Positions 10,121 through 20,401 of a stretch of 64,000 nucleotides of DNA are shown in pieces. Both the position numbers and the translations under genes were made by a program. The notes under the pieces were generated by a model, which was not told the DNA's origin, ran no database searches, and was given only the letters and a program-made list of their open reading frames with translations. The DNA is from an uncultured Alphaproteobacteria bacterium (GTDB taxonomy: Bacteria > Pseudomonadota > Alphaproteobacteria > Paracaedibacterales > CAITNM01): positions 133,664 to 197,663 of the forward strand of contig CAITNM010000026.1 of NCBI GenBank assembly GCA_903893805.1, read 5' to 3'. Within the stretch, counting starts at the first letter, position 1. Each line of letters opens with the position of its first letter.

Positions 10121-10888
10121 CTAGCCCAATCGGGCCAGAAATTTAGCGTTTTCTCTTTCAATTGCAGAAATCCAGGTGATCTTTTGCGCTTCAGGTAACA
10201 ATTGCGCAGAGGTAGTTGCGCTTTCAAAATATTGTACTGCTAAGCTTTTAAAAAATTCTGTTCGTGGAGAGCTCTCTTCATTGCAATAGCTCCAGTAGTA
10301 GCATTGTGCAGCAGATAGTAAAAAATCTACTCGAGATTCTGATGTATTTTGTGAAGCTGCGACCGCAAATAATGTGCCACTTTTTAGAAAAGAAGATGCA
10401 GCCAAGTTATTTAAACCAAAATCACGCAGATTTTTACCTAGTCTAATATAACATCCTGCCATTTCTAGTGGACTTTGTTCATGCACAACAAAACCTGATG
10501 ACAAAATTAACTCTTCTGGAACAACATCGCGAAGTGTCGGAAGAAGTTTAGGTTTGATTTCTTGAATAGCTGTATGCTGCACTCTAGAAAAAAGACTTTC
10601 TATGCTTTCTTCATTTGTCGATGCAAAATCAGAAAGTGGGATTAGCGTCTGAATATTATTTAGAATTTTAGCGGCATCTTCAGGACCAGCGCTGCGAAGA
10701 TTTTCAGAGAATCTAGCGATAATTATGCTTCTGCAAGCAGCATTAAAAATATCAGTGTTGCTATGTTGCAGGGAAAATCCTGTGCGCATTTTTGGAATGT
10801 TGGATCCTGGAATTCCATCAGGAAATTCCGACGCTATAAGCTTTTGGTTTAACGCCAAGGTCACGAATAGTATTACTAAGCCACGCAT
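10121..10888 (-). CDS. Hypothetical secreted protein
   Basis: 255-aa ORF with an N-terminal signal-like segment (MRGLVILFVTLALNQKLIASE). I recognise no family. Confidence 0.5.
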   Translation of the reverse strand: MRGLVILFVTLALNQKLIASEFPDGIPGSNIPKMRTGFSLQHSNTDIFNAACRSIIIARFSENLRSAGPEDAAKILNNIQTLIPLSDFASTNEESIESLFSRVQHTAIQEIKPKLLPTLRDVVPEELILSSGFVVHEQSPLEMAGCYIRLGKNLRDFGLNNLAASSFLKSGTLFAVAASQNTSESRVDFLLSAAQCYYWSYCNEESSPRTEFFKSLAVQYFESATTSAQLLPEAQKITWISAIERENAKFLARLG

Positions 10889-11103
10889 GATAATATCTCA
10901 TATTGGAAGGGACTAATAATAAAATAACAAAAAAAATGTTAATAATTAATTAATATTTCAAAAATATATCTGCATATATCTTTTAACGGCTTTATATTTC
11001 TTGAAAATGAATTTTACAATGAGATGGTTTTTTAATAGAGAGATGGCTAAAGAGAACCCCCTAATCTACACATTTTATGAAGAAGAGGGGGTGATTTTAA
11101 TTC

Positions 11104-11403
11104 TTATTTCGCAGGAGCTGTAGCAACGTCAGCTGTCGCAGGAGCTGGCATTACAGGAGCAGAAACGGCTGCAGGAGCTTCAGTTGCTACAGGAGATGCT
11201 GCTTGCGCATCAGTCGCTGCAGGAGTCGCCGCATGAGCATGAGCATCAGCAGTTGCAGGAGCAGCGTGCGCATGTCCAGCATGGGCATCAGCAGATGCTT
11301 CCTTAACTTGTTCTACTTGTACTTTGTTATCTTCTTTCTTTTCACAAGCAACAAACGCTACGCTTATAGCGCCTAGAACTAAAAGAAATAAACTTTTTGA
11401 CAT
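11104..11403 (-). CDS. Small putative lipoprotein with His/Ala/Pro-rich tail
   Basis: Signal plus lipobox-like VAFVAC, then HAGHAHAAPATADAHAHAATPA... GAGGA RBS 5 nt upstream of the ATG. Confidence 0.6.
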   Translation of the reverse strand: MSKSLFLLVLGAISVAFVACEKKEDNKVQVEQVKEASADAHAGHAHAAPATADAHAHAATPAATDAQAASPVATEAPAAVSAPVMPAPATADVATAPAK

Positions 11404-11611
11404 GGTATCCTCAATATTTAAAGAAAAGTTTCAACTATTGTGGATTGTAAATCAAATTACTAAAAAAAGCGTGAAGTTTTTTTGAGAAATTCAATTTTTT
11501 TTTTTGTTAAAAATCCATCTGACTTTAATGAGTCGGCATTAAAACTGCTTTATTTCACTCTCAGTTGTCCATTTTAAAGTAGGCGAAAAACTCTTGCTTA
11601 AGCGTAGTTCT

Positions 11612-12049
11612 TTAAGCTGGAAACTGGATATAATCCATCACTTTTTTTAAAGGAGTTTTGGTTAGATCTTTGTCTATTTCGTGTACTACCTTAGAGGCAA
11701 CATTGGGTGACAAATGTTGGCGTAAGCATCCCAACACGGCTGGTGCTGCAATTAGAATCAGCTGGTCATAGTTTTTTTCAGTTTGGTGAAGAATTGTTGC
11801 TATGGTGTTGGCAAACGCTTCTTTTTTAAAGTGATACCAATCAGAATGGGTGGGGTAACTGTGGGTGCCTTTTGTTGTCATGCCTTTGCTTACCCTGCCT
11901 GGCGTAGATGCGCCTTTATCTTGGTGGACTGTAATATCAACGATTGCATGATGGGTAGCTAAGATCGGCACTAAGTTTCTGTTACTTTTTGTTAAAAACT
12001 TGGCACGTGCACCATCAGCAATTACTACACAAGTGGTTTGTTCTTTCAT
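11612..12049 (-). CDS. Host-attachment protein family (PF10116 / baeRF12-like)
   Basis: The N-terminus TCVVIADGARAKFL and a length of 145 aa resemble the 'protein required for attachment to host cells' family as I recall it. Confidence 0.5.
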   Translation of the reverse strand: MKEQTTCVVIADGARAKFLTKSNRNLVPILATHHAIVDITVHQDKGASTPGRVSKGMTTKGTHSYPTHSDWYHFKKEAFANTIATILHQTEKNYDQLILIAAPAVLGCLRQHLSPNVASKVVHEIDKDLTKTPLKKVMDYIQFPA

Positions 12050-12167
12050 GGCGATTAACTCTCTATAATTTTCTCGAGAATAGAAGGTTTAATCTTAAAT
12101 GAATGGGAGAAAAAAATTAGATTTTTCACCCAACTTCAATTACTTACTTAAATTGCTAAGGCAAATT

Positions 12168-13319
12168 TTAAGACTGCAGCTCCGTCAGCGAACTATAAAA
12201 GTCAGCGTACTTTTTTGCACATTGCATTAAGGTAAAGTGCTGCTTAATTCGTTCAAATCCTGCTTGCCCAAAGCGTGTGCGTAGCTCAGGAGCCAGAGCT
12301 ACTGATAATAAAGCATCAGCTAGTGATTCAGGGTTTCGTGCTTTCACTACTAGCCCAGTGTGCATATCTTCAACTGCTTCGGCATTGCCACCAACGTTGG
12401 TGACAACCATCGGTAATCTTGCAGCCATTCCTTCTAAAATAGCGTTTGAAAATCCTTCTTCATGAGAACACAAAATACCTATGTCTGCTGCCCCTAATAG
12501 CTGTGGCGTATCTAACCTTTTTCCAAGAAACTCTATATGGTCACTAATACCTAAAGTTTGTGCATGCTCTTTTAACTGATCTAAAATCCCAGAACCACTT
12601 CCAACACATAGTAAAGTCCATGATTTTGGTAATTGTGAATGAATTTTTCCCAAAGCGTTTAGCAAATCAATATGTCCTTTATAAGGAATAAGATTGGCAA
12701 CAATTATGAAAGTTAGGGTGTCTTGACTTATATTTAAACTATCGCGTATTTCATGCTTTGCTGGCAGGTTTTGAAATGGCGAAAGATCAATTCCATTGTA
12801 AATAAGATAAACCTTGTTCGGCTCAAATCCTTCATCATAAAGCTGCTGTGCAACAGCTTTACTGTTTCCTAGAGCAATGGTCGTGAATCGATGCATTAAG
12901 CGCTCAAGTTTGCCTAAAATGGGACGCCGTTGTTGATAATCATTCAAGCTACGGCGACTCATTACCAGGGGGCCTGAAAAAAATGTGAGGCGTGCAGCAA
13001 CTGCTGTCAACAAATAGGCTTCCGGTAAAAATACATGTCTAATTGCATTACGGTTTTTTAAAAAACTTAGTATTAATCTAGTCAATGAAATTACTAGGCG
13101 TGTGGGTTTACGTAGTGCTAGAGGTAGCCAATCAAGATTTGGCCCTAAATAGACCTTAATTCCAGCGTTATCAAATATGGGTTTTAAGGGCGCTTTATCT
13201 GATAGAACATGGACTCTCATTGAAAAGCCCAGCGACTTAAGGGCTGGTAAAATTTGGCTTAAATGACGTTCTGCTCCGCCAACTTCTAAACTTCCGATAA
13301 TGAATTCAATGGCTATCAT
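12168..13319 (-). CDS. Glycosyltransferase family 4 (GT-B)
   Basis: EGFSNAILEGMAARLPMVVTNVGGNAEAV (E-x7-E region). The start is set at MIAIEFIIGSLEVGGAE (ATG 13319), which forms an ATGA overlap with the pth stop. Confidence 0.8.
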   Translation of the reverse strand: MIAIEFIIGSLEVGGAERHLSQILPALKSLGFSMRVHVLSDKAPLKPIFDNAGIKVYLGPNLDWLPLALRKPTRLVISLTRLILSFLKNRNAIRHVFLPEAYLLTAVAARLTFFSGPLVMSRRSLNDYQQRRPILGKLERLMHRFTTIALGNSKAVAQQLYDEGFEPNKVYLIYNGIDLSPFQNLPAKHEIRDSLNISQDTLTFIIVANLIPYKGHIDLLNALGKIHSQLPKSWTLLCVGSGSGILDQLKEHAQTLGISDHIEFLGKRLDTPQLLGAADIGILCSHEEGFSNAILEGMAARLPMVVTNVGGNAEAVEDMHTGLVVKARNPESLADALLSVALAPELRTRFGQAGFERIKQHFTLMQCAKKYADFYSSLTELQS

Positions 13320-13873
13320 GGGATTAATCGCTTTACCCATGCATCGGGTTTTTCAGAAGCTAAATGGATAAACTGTTCAGCTAATAATTGTAAAAGAGTT
13401 ATTAACCATTCGTGATCAGTTTTGGGAAATGTTGAGAGTACATGGGGTGTTACTAAATGTCGATCACCGGGGTGGCCTATGCCTAATCGCAATCGCCAAT
13501 AATTATTACCGATTGATTGGTCAATGCTTTTGAGACCATTATGCCCGCCGGCACCTCCGCCTAATTTCACTTTTATTTGCCCTGGTACTAAATCAAGATC
13601 ATCATGTATTACAATAACTTGTTCTGGTTTTAATTTATAAAAAGCCATAGCAGATTGCACTGATGTGCCAGACAAATTCATAAAAGTTTGTGGTTTTAGT
13701 AGGCCGAAAGCAATATCATTAATTTTGCGTTCACTGTACTCGCCCTGGAATTTTTTTTTAAAAGAAGGAAAATCGTAAGAATGGGCTATGGCATCTATAG
13801 CTATAAAGCCGATATTGTGTCTTGTCATCAAATACTGTTGGCCCGGATTACCCAGGCCAACGCATAACAACAT
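13316..13873 (-). CDS. pth: Peptidyl-tRNA hydrolase
   Basis: LLCVGLGNPGQQYLMTRHNIGF, GGGAGGHNGLKS. Confidence 0.95.
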   Translation of the reverse strand: MLLCVGLGNPGQQYLMTRHNIGFIAIDAIAHSYDFPSFKKKFQGEYSERKINDIAFGLLKPQTFMNLSGTSVQSAMAFYKLKPEQVIVIHDDLDLVPGQIKVKLGGGAGGHNGLKSIDQSIGNNYWRLRLGIGHPGDRHLVTPHVLSTFPKTDHEWLITLLQLLAEQFIHLASEKPDAWVKRLIP

Positions 13874-13885
13874 TATAAAAACCCT

Positions 13886-14491
13886 TTAAGCAGCAGGAGT
13901 TTCTTCAGCTTTTTCTTTTTCTTCTCCTGCAGGCGGAACAATTGTAACTAACGTGTAGTCACGTGCAGGGTGTGCTGCTTTAACGCCTTTTGGTAATTTA
14001 ACGGCATCAAGATGCAAGCTCTGGTTGATATTCATACCGGCCAAATTTATTGAGATTTTTCCAGGAATTGAATCAGCAGGGCAAACAATTTCTAAGTTGT
14101 GAATAATAATGTTCAACATACCACCAACTTTTAATCCAGGGGCCTTGTCTTCATTGATGTATTCTACAGGAACTGACACATTGATTTTTGAATCTTTGTC
14201 AACGCGTTGAAAATCAACATGTAAAGCAATGTCAGTTACTGGGTGAAACTGAATATCACGTGCAATAACCTGAATTTTAGCTTTGTCCATCTCAATGGTA
14301 TAGACGCGGCTAAAAAAACCTGGTTTTTGAATTTCTGTGCTAACAGCTTTTAAATCAACTGTTATAGGTTGAGGCTCATTCTTGCCGCCATAAATAATTC
14401 CAGGGATCTTCCCTTCGCGGCGTAATGCACGTGCAACACCGGTTCCGGTTCCTTGGCGCTCTTCAGCTTTCAATGCAATGGCTTGTGCCAT
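13886..14491 (-). CDS. rplY: 50S ribosomal protein L25 / general stress protein Ctc
   Basis: RQGTGTGVARALRREGKIPGIIYG, 201 aa, directly upstream of pth. Confidence 0.9.
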   Translation of the reverse strand: MAQAIALKAEERQGTGTGVARALRREGKIPGIIYGGKNEPQPITVDLKAVSTEIQKPGFFSRVYTIEMDKAKIQVIARDIQFHPVTDIALHVDFQRVDKDSKINVSVPVEYINEDKAPGLKVGGMLNIIIHNLEIVCPADSIPGKISINLAGMNINQSLHLDAVKLPKGVKAAHPARDYTLVTIVPPAGEEKEKAEETPAA

Positions 14492-14810
14492 GATAACTCC
14501 TAAAACATCTGAATTTGAAATATATTAGATATTACTACCGATTTTTCAGGTTTTTTTCAAGGCAATTTTGTTTTGTGCTAGTTTATATTGAACGGGGCAG
14601 AATTTTAGTTTTAGAATTAAGCCTGTGCAGAGTAGTTTTAATGAAAGCTGCTAGTGCTGCATTCTATACACATAGACACAACATTTTGGATGATTGCCTT
14701 TTTGTTAAAAAATGTTAATTTACAAAAGCTTGGGCAGATTTCTGTATCCTCGCAAAGAATGTGAAAAAGCTCTTAGTATCTTTAAGAAATTTCACAACCA
14801 CGAGGATTTT

Positions 14811-16100
14811 ATGCGTTTTTTGATTTTATTTTCACCAATATTTTTATTTCTTGGTTTGTTTGTTGGAAGCGGTCTTTTGTTTACATGGCAAGGGGTTGAT
14901 CAGGCTTTTTATCAAATTGCTCCAACGGTTGCGATTCTTCCTGCTATTTTGCTTGCGTTCTTTTTACTAAAGGGCCCAATGCAAGAGCGATTACACAGCT
15001 TTTTAGATGGGCTGCGACATCGTGATATTGTCACTATGTGTCTAATATTTTTGCTAGCTGGTGCTTTTAACGTTGTAACCAAATCAATTGGTTGTGTTGA
15101 TGCGACTGTGAACTTAGTTCTTTCGCTTATTCCCACCCATTTCGTGTTGATAGGTTTATTTTTAACGGCCGCCTTTATTTCAACAGCCATTGGTACGTCT
15201 ATGGGCACGATTGCGACCATGGGGCCAATAGCAGTAGGTATTGCAAATCTCGGGGTTTTACCTATTGATTTGGGAATTGCAACGGTTGTGGGTGGCGCAA
15301 TGTTTGGCGATAGCTTGTCACCAGTGGGGGACACCACTATTGCTGCAGTGCTTTCTCAGGGGGCCGATTTTAGGAAAAAATTAATTTTGAACTCAATCGT
15401 TGCATGCATTGCAGCTGTTATAATGTTGATTATTTTGTGGATTATTCACACGCCTGCCGCAGATGCAATTGTTAAAGATTATGATTTGGTTTTAGTTATT
15501 CCTTACGTGGTCTTGGTTTTGCTGGCCTTTGCTGGAATGAATGTTTTCCAAGTCCTTATATCTGGCTTAATTGTGGCGGGATTGATTGGATTTTTTCACC
15601 ATTCATATAGCGTTATTGGTTTTGCTAAAGATATAGCTAAAGGTTTTGAGAGTATGCAAGATATTTTCTTATTGTCACTTTTTGTAGGTGGGCTTGCTGG
15701 CATGCTAAAAGAAATGGGAACGATGCGTTATGTGGCTGATTTTATTGGCAAAGTACATCATTTAAGCAAACGTTCTGCGCAATTGGTTATCGGTGGATTA
15801 GTTTCAATTTTTGATGTTCTTATTGCTAATAACTGTGTTGCCATTATTTTTAGCGGCGAAATTGCAAAAACCATTGCGCACCGGTACAAAATTCCTAATC
15901 ACTACACCGCAGCATGGCTTGATATTTTTTCGTGTGTATTTCAAGGAATTATTCCTTATGGGGCGCAAATTTTATTGGCAAGTACTTTGTCAGGTGTATC
16001 TCCGTTGATAATTGCAGGACAAGTGTATTATTGCTACATCTTAGGTGTTGTTGTGATTGCTTACATTACATTTGTGCCAGTTAAGAAGGACGTTGTTTAA
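14811..16100 (+). CDS. NhaC-family Na+/H+ antiporter-like membrane transporter
   Basis: Polytopic, about 430 aa, with Gly-rich helices resembling the NhaC C-terminal domain. The start is set at ATG 14811 (MRFLILF), which has a GAGGA RBS. Confidence 0.55.
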   Translation: MRFLILFSPIFLFLGLFVGSGLLFTWQGVDQAFYQIAPTVAILPAILLAFFLLKGPMQERLHSFLDGLRHRDIVTMCLIFLLAGAFNVVTKSIGCVDATVNLVLSLIPTHFVLIGLFLTAAFISTAIGTSMGTIATMGPIAVGIANLGVLPIDLGIATVVGGAMFGDSLSPVGDTTIAAVLSQGADFRKKLILNSIVACIAAVIMLIILWIIHTPAADAIVKDYDLVLVIPYVVLVLLAFAGMNVFQVLISGLIVAGLIGFFHHSYSVIGFAKDIAKGFESMQDIFLLSLFVGGLAGMLKEMGTMRYVADFIGKVHHLSKRSAQLVIGGLVSIFDVLIANNCVAIIFSGEIAKTIAHRYKIPNHYTAAWLDIFSCVFQGIIPYGAQILLASTLSGVSPLIIAGQVYYCYILGVVVIAYITFVPVKKDVV

Positions 16101-16118
16101 AATTAAAGGGCTCTTGCA

Positions 16119-17290
16119 GTGCTATTCATAGCCGTTGCCTTTATTGAATTTTTGACAGGAATGGAAATTGATATTTTCATTCCAAGCTATCCAGAATTAC
16201 AACAACAATTTGGTTTGTCTCCTGCAAAAGTACAGCTGTGTTTAAGCCTGAATTTTATTACCTATTGCATTGGGTCATTATATGCTGGCCCATTGGGTGA
16301 CCGTTATGGTTTGCGTAAGGTGATTTTATCAAGTTTGGTTATTTTTATAATTGGAAGTGTAGCTTGTTGCTTTGCTGCAGATTTTTCATATATTTTGTTG
16401 GGAAGAATTTTTCAAGGATTTGGCATGGCTGCGCCAGCTTGTCTTGGGTATGTGGTTGTTGCAGAGCGGTATCCAATTGAAAAACAAGCTGCGATGTTTG
16501 GCACATTGAATGGGTTTACAAACATTGCTGTGGCTATTGCTCCAGTAATTGGCAGTTATGTTGCACTTTATGCTGGTTGGCGTGGCAATTTCGCAACGTT
16601 GCTTCTATTGGCTTTAATAGCGATGGGCTTTTGTCTGTTTGTTATTCCTAATGATAGTCGCAAAATAAAGACGTTTCGCTGTCACTAAAAGCTTATAAAC
16701 CCTTTCTAAAATTAAAACTTTTTAAAAATTATTTGGTTATTTTGTGTGTGTATAATTTTACGTACTGGGTGTTTATTGGAATGGGGTCAATCCTTTATGT
16801 GGAAGGATTTGGTGTTTCTTTGGCCAGCTTTGGGTATTACCAAGGAGCGGTTGCAGGTTCTTTTGCACTGATGAGCCTTTTGAGCCCTAAAATACTAAGT
16901 AAATTTGGCCATCAAAAATGTTTTAAAATATCAATTGTTTTGATAACTATTTTTGCGTGTTTAATTGGCTTGGTTGCTGTGCTTGATATTCGAAGTCCTC
17001 TGCTCATTACCGTGCTTATGTGTTTGCTTTCTATGCCTACTGTATTTCCTGTGAATATATTGTATCCCCTTTTACTTGATATTATTCCTAATGCAAAATC
17101 GCGCGCAGCTTCTGTGAATGGTGTGGCCAAGTTAGTGGGTTCTGCTGTTTGTATTGAATCAGCTAGTTATGTGTACAATGGCACTTTTCTGCAAATTGGT
17201 TTGTTGATTTTTGGGCTTTCAATTGTTGGTTTATTTTTTGCAAGATCAGTTAGTTATTGGAGAAATGAAAATTCAGAATATGTAGTTTGA
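16119..17290 (+). pseudogene. MFS transporter (Bcr/CflA-like), frameshifted paralog of the next gene
   Basis: ORFs 16119-16688 and 16733-17290 align to the N- and C-halves of 17398-18552. Reading cgcaaaataaagacg (16659-16673) one base off restores RKNKDVSLSLKAYKPF..., matching RKNENVSLSLKTYMPL in the intact copy. Confidence 0.85.
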
Positions 17291-17397
17291 TAGAGACTGT
17301 TTCGTTAAAGAAAATAACTCAACCATATTTTTGTAGAGATCAGGCTAAGCAAGAAATACAATGAAAACATTGAACTCTAGCTGAAGCCGAGATATTT

Positions 17398-18552
17398 ATG
17401 TTGTTTGTAGCTGTCGCCGTTATTTTTTTCTTAGCGGGAATGGAAGTTGATATTTTCATTCCAAGCTACCCAGAATTGCAACAACAATTTGGTTTATCTC
17501 CTGCAAAAGTACAATTGTGCTTAAGTTTGAATTTTGTCACGTATTGCATTGGCTCGTTATATGCTGGTGCATTAGGTGACCGTTATGGTTTGCGTAAGGT
17601 TATTCTCTACGGTTTGGCTGTATTCGTATTGGGGAGCATCGCATGCTGTTTTGCTGCAGATTTTTCATACATATTAGCAGGAAGAGCTTTGCAAGGGCTT
17701 GGTATGGCAGCGCCAGCCTCCCTTGGTTATGTGGTTATAGCAGAGCGATATTCAGCAGAACAACAAGCGTCAATGCTTGGCACTTTAAATGGTTGTGTAA
17801 CAGTCGCTATAGCATTTGCGCCCGTAATTGGTAGTTACGTAGCAATCTATGCAGGGTGGAGAGGGAATTTTGCGGTATTGCTATTATTGGCTCTTATAGC
17901 TGTTAGTTTTTGTCTGTTTTGTCTTCCCAAAGATGATCGTAAAAATGAAAACGTTTCTTTGTCTTTGAAAACTTATATGCCACTTCTTCAATCAAAGGTA
18001 TTTTTAAAGTATCTGACGATTGTCTGTGCGTATACCTGCTCTTATTGGACATTCATTGGAATGGGGTCAATTCTTTATATTGAGGGGTTTGGCGTGACCC
18101 TTGCGAATTTTGGTTTTTATCAGGGGGCAATTGCAGGTTCATTTGCTATTATGAGTTTTTCTAGTCCTAAATTATTAGCTAAATTTGGTCATCAAAAATG
18201 TTTTAAAGTATCCGTTATTTTGATCACTGCAGCTGCAGTGTTAGTAGGTTTTGCTGCTTTGTTGGGCGTTAATAATCCTCTGTTGATTACTTTTTTAATG
18301 TGTATGTTTGCTTTGCCAATGGTATTGCCCATTAATATTTTATTTCCGATTTTATTAGAAGTAGTTCCTGGCACAAAATCGCGCGCCGCTGCCTTAGGAA
18401 ATGTTGCTAGGTTGGTTGTATCGGCAATTTGCATTGAATTAGTAAGCTATATGTACAATGGTAAATTTTTACACTTAGGTTTATTGATTTTAGGGCTTTC
18501 TATCGTGGGCTTGGTCTTTGCAAGAAGCGTTAAGTTCCCTGCAAAAAATTAA
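17398..18552 (+). CDS. MFS transporter (Bcr/CflA drug-resistance subfamily-like)
   Basis: GALGDRYGLRKV loop motif, about 12 hydrophobic helices, 384 aa. Confidence 0.75.
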   Translation: MLFVAVAVIFFLAGMEVDIFIPSYPELQQQFGLSPAKVQLCLSLNFVTYCIGSLYAGALGDRYGLRKVILYGLAVFVLGSIACCFAADFSYILAGRALQGLGMAAPASLGYVVIAERYSAEQQASMLGTLNGCVTVAIAFAPVIGSYVAIYAGWRGNFAVLLLLALIAVSFCLFCLPKDDRKNENVSLSLKTYMPLLQSKVFLKYLTIVCAYTCSYWTFIGMGSILYIEGFGVTLANFGFYQGAIAGSFAIMSFSSPKLLAKFGHQKCFKVSVILITAAAVLVGFAALLGVNNPLLITFLMCMFALPMVLPINILFPILLEVVPGTKSRAAALGNVARLVVSAICIELVSYMYNGKFLHLGLLILGLSIVGLVFARSVKFPAKN

Positions 18553-18656
18553 ATTAAGCTTCAGAAGAATTTCATAAAATTTCCACTTGCAGAATAGCTA
18601 GTCAAAGTTCGTGAAACGTTTTATGATCTAGTATTAATGTAATTTATTAGAATTTT

Positions 18657-19154
18657 ATGAAAATGAAGAAATTTTTTTTAGTAGCTTTAGCAACATTACC
18701 TTTGTTTATGACCAGTTGTGCGCCAAAATTAGGCGGTAGTGATTATTCAATGGCAGATGTCGGTACGAACAGCACAAGTCTTCGTGGGTCAATTGTTTCA
18801 GTTCGTGTAATTAATCTTGTCGCAACAGATGCCAACAAGCCAGGTATTGGTGCAGGTATTGGCGCAATAGCAGGTGGTACTACAGGTTATGTTGTAAGTA
18901 ATGGTGGGCCATTTACGTCAGTTGCCGGTGGCTTGCTGGGTGGTGTAGCAGGGCATTTTGCAGAACAAGCGCTAACTAATCAGGAAGGCTTTGAATACAC
19001 AGTCCAACTTGATAGCGGTGAAGTGAAGACAATTGCTCAAGGTGCAGAACCAAGAATGGCAGTTGGACAACGTGTTATTGTTGTGTTAAATAACAAAGGC
19101 GCTGGCGGCCAACAAGCTCGTTCACGTGTTATTCCTGATAACTCAGCGCACTAG
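18657..19154 (+). CDS. Glycine-zipper outer-membrane lipoprotein (17-kDa surface antigen/SlyB-like)
   Basis: Lipobox FMTSC and glycine zipper GIGAGIGAIAGGTTGY...GGLLGGVAGH. Confidence 0.75.
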   Translation: MKMKKFFLVALATLPLFMTSCAPKLGGSDYSMADVGTNSTSLRGSIVSVRVINLVATDANKPGIGAGIGAIAGGTTGYVVSNGGPFTSVAGGLLGGVAGHFAEQALTNQEGFEYTVQLDSGEVKTIAQGAEPRMAVGQRVIVVLNNKGAGGQQARSRVIPDNSAH

Positions 19155-19166
19155 TTAGAGGGATTT

Positions 19167-19955
19167 ATGGACGCGCAATCTGCAACAACGGCAGCAACTG
19201 CTGTTATGCCAAGTATTCCATCTGCAAGCGATGTTGTTATGCAAACAATGGCGCAAGCTGGTCCTCATGTAGCAAAGCACCTTTCAATGTGGGACTTGTT
19301 CTGGGGAGCTGACATCATCATTAAGTTGGTCATGGCTGGACTTATAGTGGCTTCAGTTTGGTCATGGACAATTATTTTTCATAAGGTTATTCGAGTGCAT
19401 CGCTTGAATAGTTTGGCTGATCAATTTGAAGAAGCTTTTTGGTCAGGTGGACCTTTGGATGAGCTATTTAATCGGTTGCAAAACCGTTATACGGACCCTA
19501 TGTCGGCAGTTTTTTGCGCAGCAATGCGCGAATGGCGCAGGTCTATGTCAAAGGGCTACACAAAAGCTGCAGGTCTACGCGGAACCCTTGAGCAACGCAT
19601 TGAACGAGTAATGCAAGTGACCGTTGGTCGTGAGATGGATCAGTTAGAGCGACACATGGGGTTTTTGGCATCACTTGGCGCTAATGCAGTGATTGTGGGG
19701 CTATTTGGTACGGTTTTAGGCATCATGAATAGCTTTCAAAATATTGCAACGATGCAAAATACTAACCTTGCCGTAGTTGCTCCTGGTATTTCTGAGGCGT
19801 TATTTGCAACAGCAATTGGTTTGATTGCAGCGATTCCAGCAGCAATTGCATACAACAAATTATCTAGTGACCTGAATAGGTATGGTAATCGATTGGATGC
19901 ATTTGTAAGTGAATTTAGCTCGATTATTTCACGTCAATTGGAAGATCATAATTAA
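19167..19955 (+). CDS. tolQ: Tol-Pal system protein TolQ
   Basis: MotA/TolQ/ExbB pattern (three TM helices; GLFGTVLGIMNSF, APGISEALFATAIGL). It is followed by tolR. Confidence 0.9.
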   Translation: MDAQSATTAATAVMPSIPSASDVVMQTMAQAGPHVAKHLSMWDLFWGADIIIKLVMAGLIVASVWSWTIIFHKVIRVHRLNSLADQFEEAFWSGGPLDELFNRLQNRYTDPMSAVFCAAMREWRRSMSKGYTKAAGLRGTLEQRIERVMQVTVGREMDQLERHMGFLASLGANAVIVGLFGTVLGIMNSFQNIATMQNTNLAVVAPGISEALFATAIGLIAAIPAAIAYNKLSSDLNRYGNRLDAFVSEFSSIISRQLEDHN

Positions 19956-20398
19956 TGGCCGGTCAACTGAGCCCCTTAAATAAGCGATCTGGTCGCAGAC
20001 GAAGTACCGGGTTTAACTCAACAATTAACATTACGCCGTTGGTAGATGTGATGTTGGTTTTGTTGATTATTTTTATGGTGACGGCGCCTATGTTAACGGT
20101 GGGTGTCCCAGTTGATTTGCCAAAAACTCAAGCTGCACAGATGAATGATAGTATTGAGCCTCTTGTGGTAAGTGTTAACGCTAAGGGCGAAACATATATT
20201 CAAGAAGCGCTTGTTCCTATGTCGGCTATGATTGATAGATTGAAAGCTATAACCAACAATAACCCAGAAGCCAAGATTTACGTAAGAGGCGACCATAAAA
20301 TCGCTTACGGTAAGGTTATGGAAGTTATGGGGGCGATTGCAGCAGCTGGCTTTCAAAAAGTTTCGCTGATTGCAGAGCTGCCATCAACAGCACGGTAG
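19955..20398 (+). CDS. tolR: Tol-Pal system protein TolR (ExbD/TolR family)
   Basis: INITPLVDVMLVLLIIFMVTAP, 147 aa, with an ATG overlapping the tolQ stop. Confidence 0.9.
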   Translation: MAGQLSPLNKRSGRRRSTGFNSTINITPLVDVMLVLLIIFMVTAPMLTVGVPVDLPKTQAAQMNDSIEPLVVSVNAKGETYIQEALVPMSAMIDRLKAITNNNPEAKIYVRGDHKIAYGKVMEVMGAIAAAGFQKVSLIAELPSTAR

Positions 20399-20401
20399 TT
20401 C

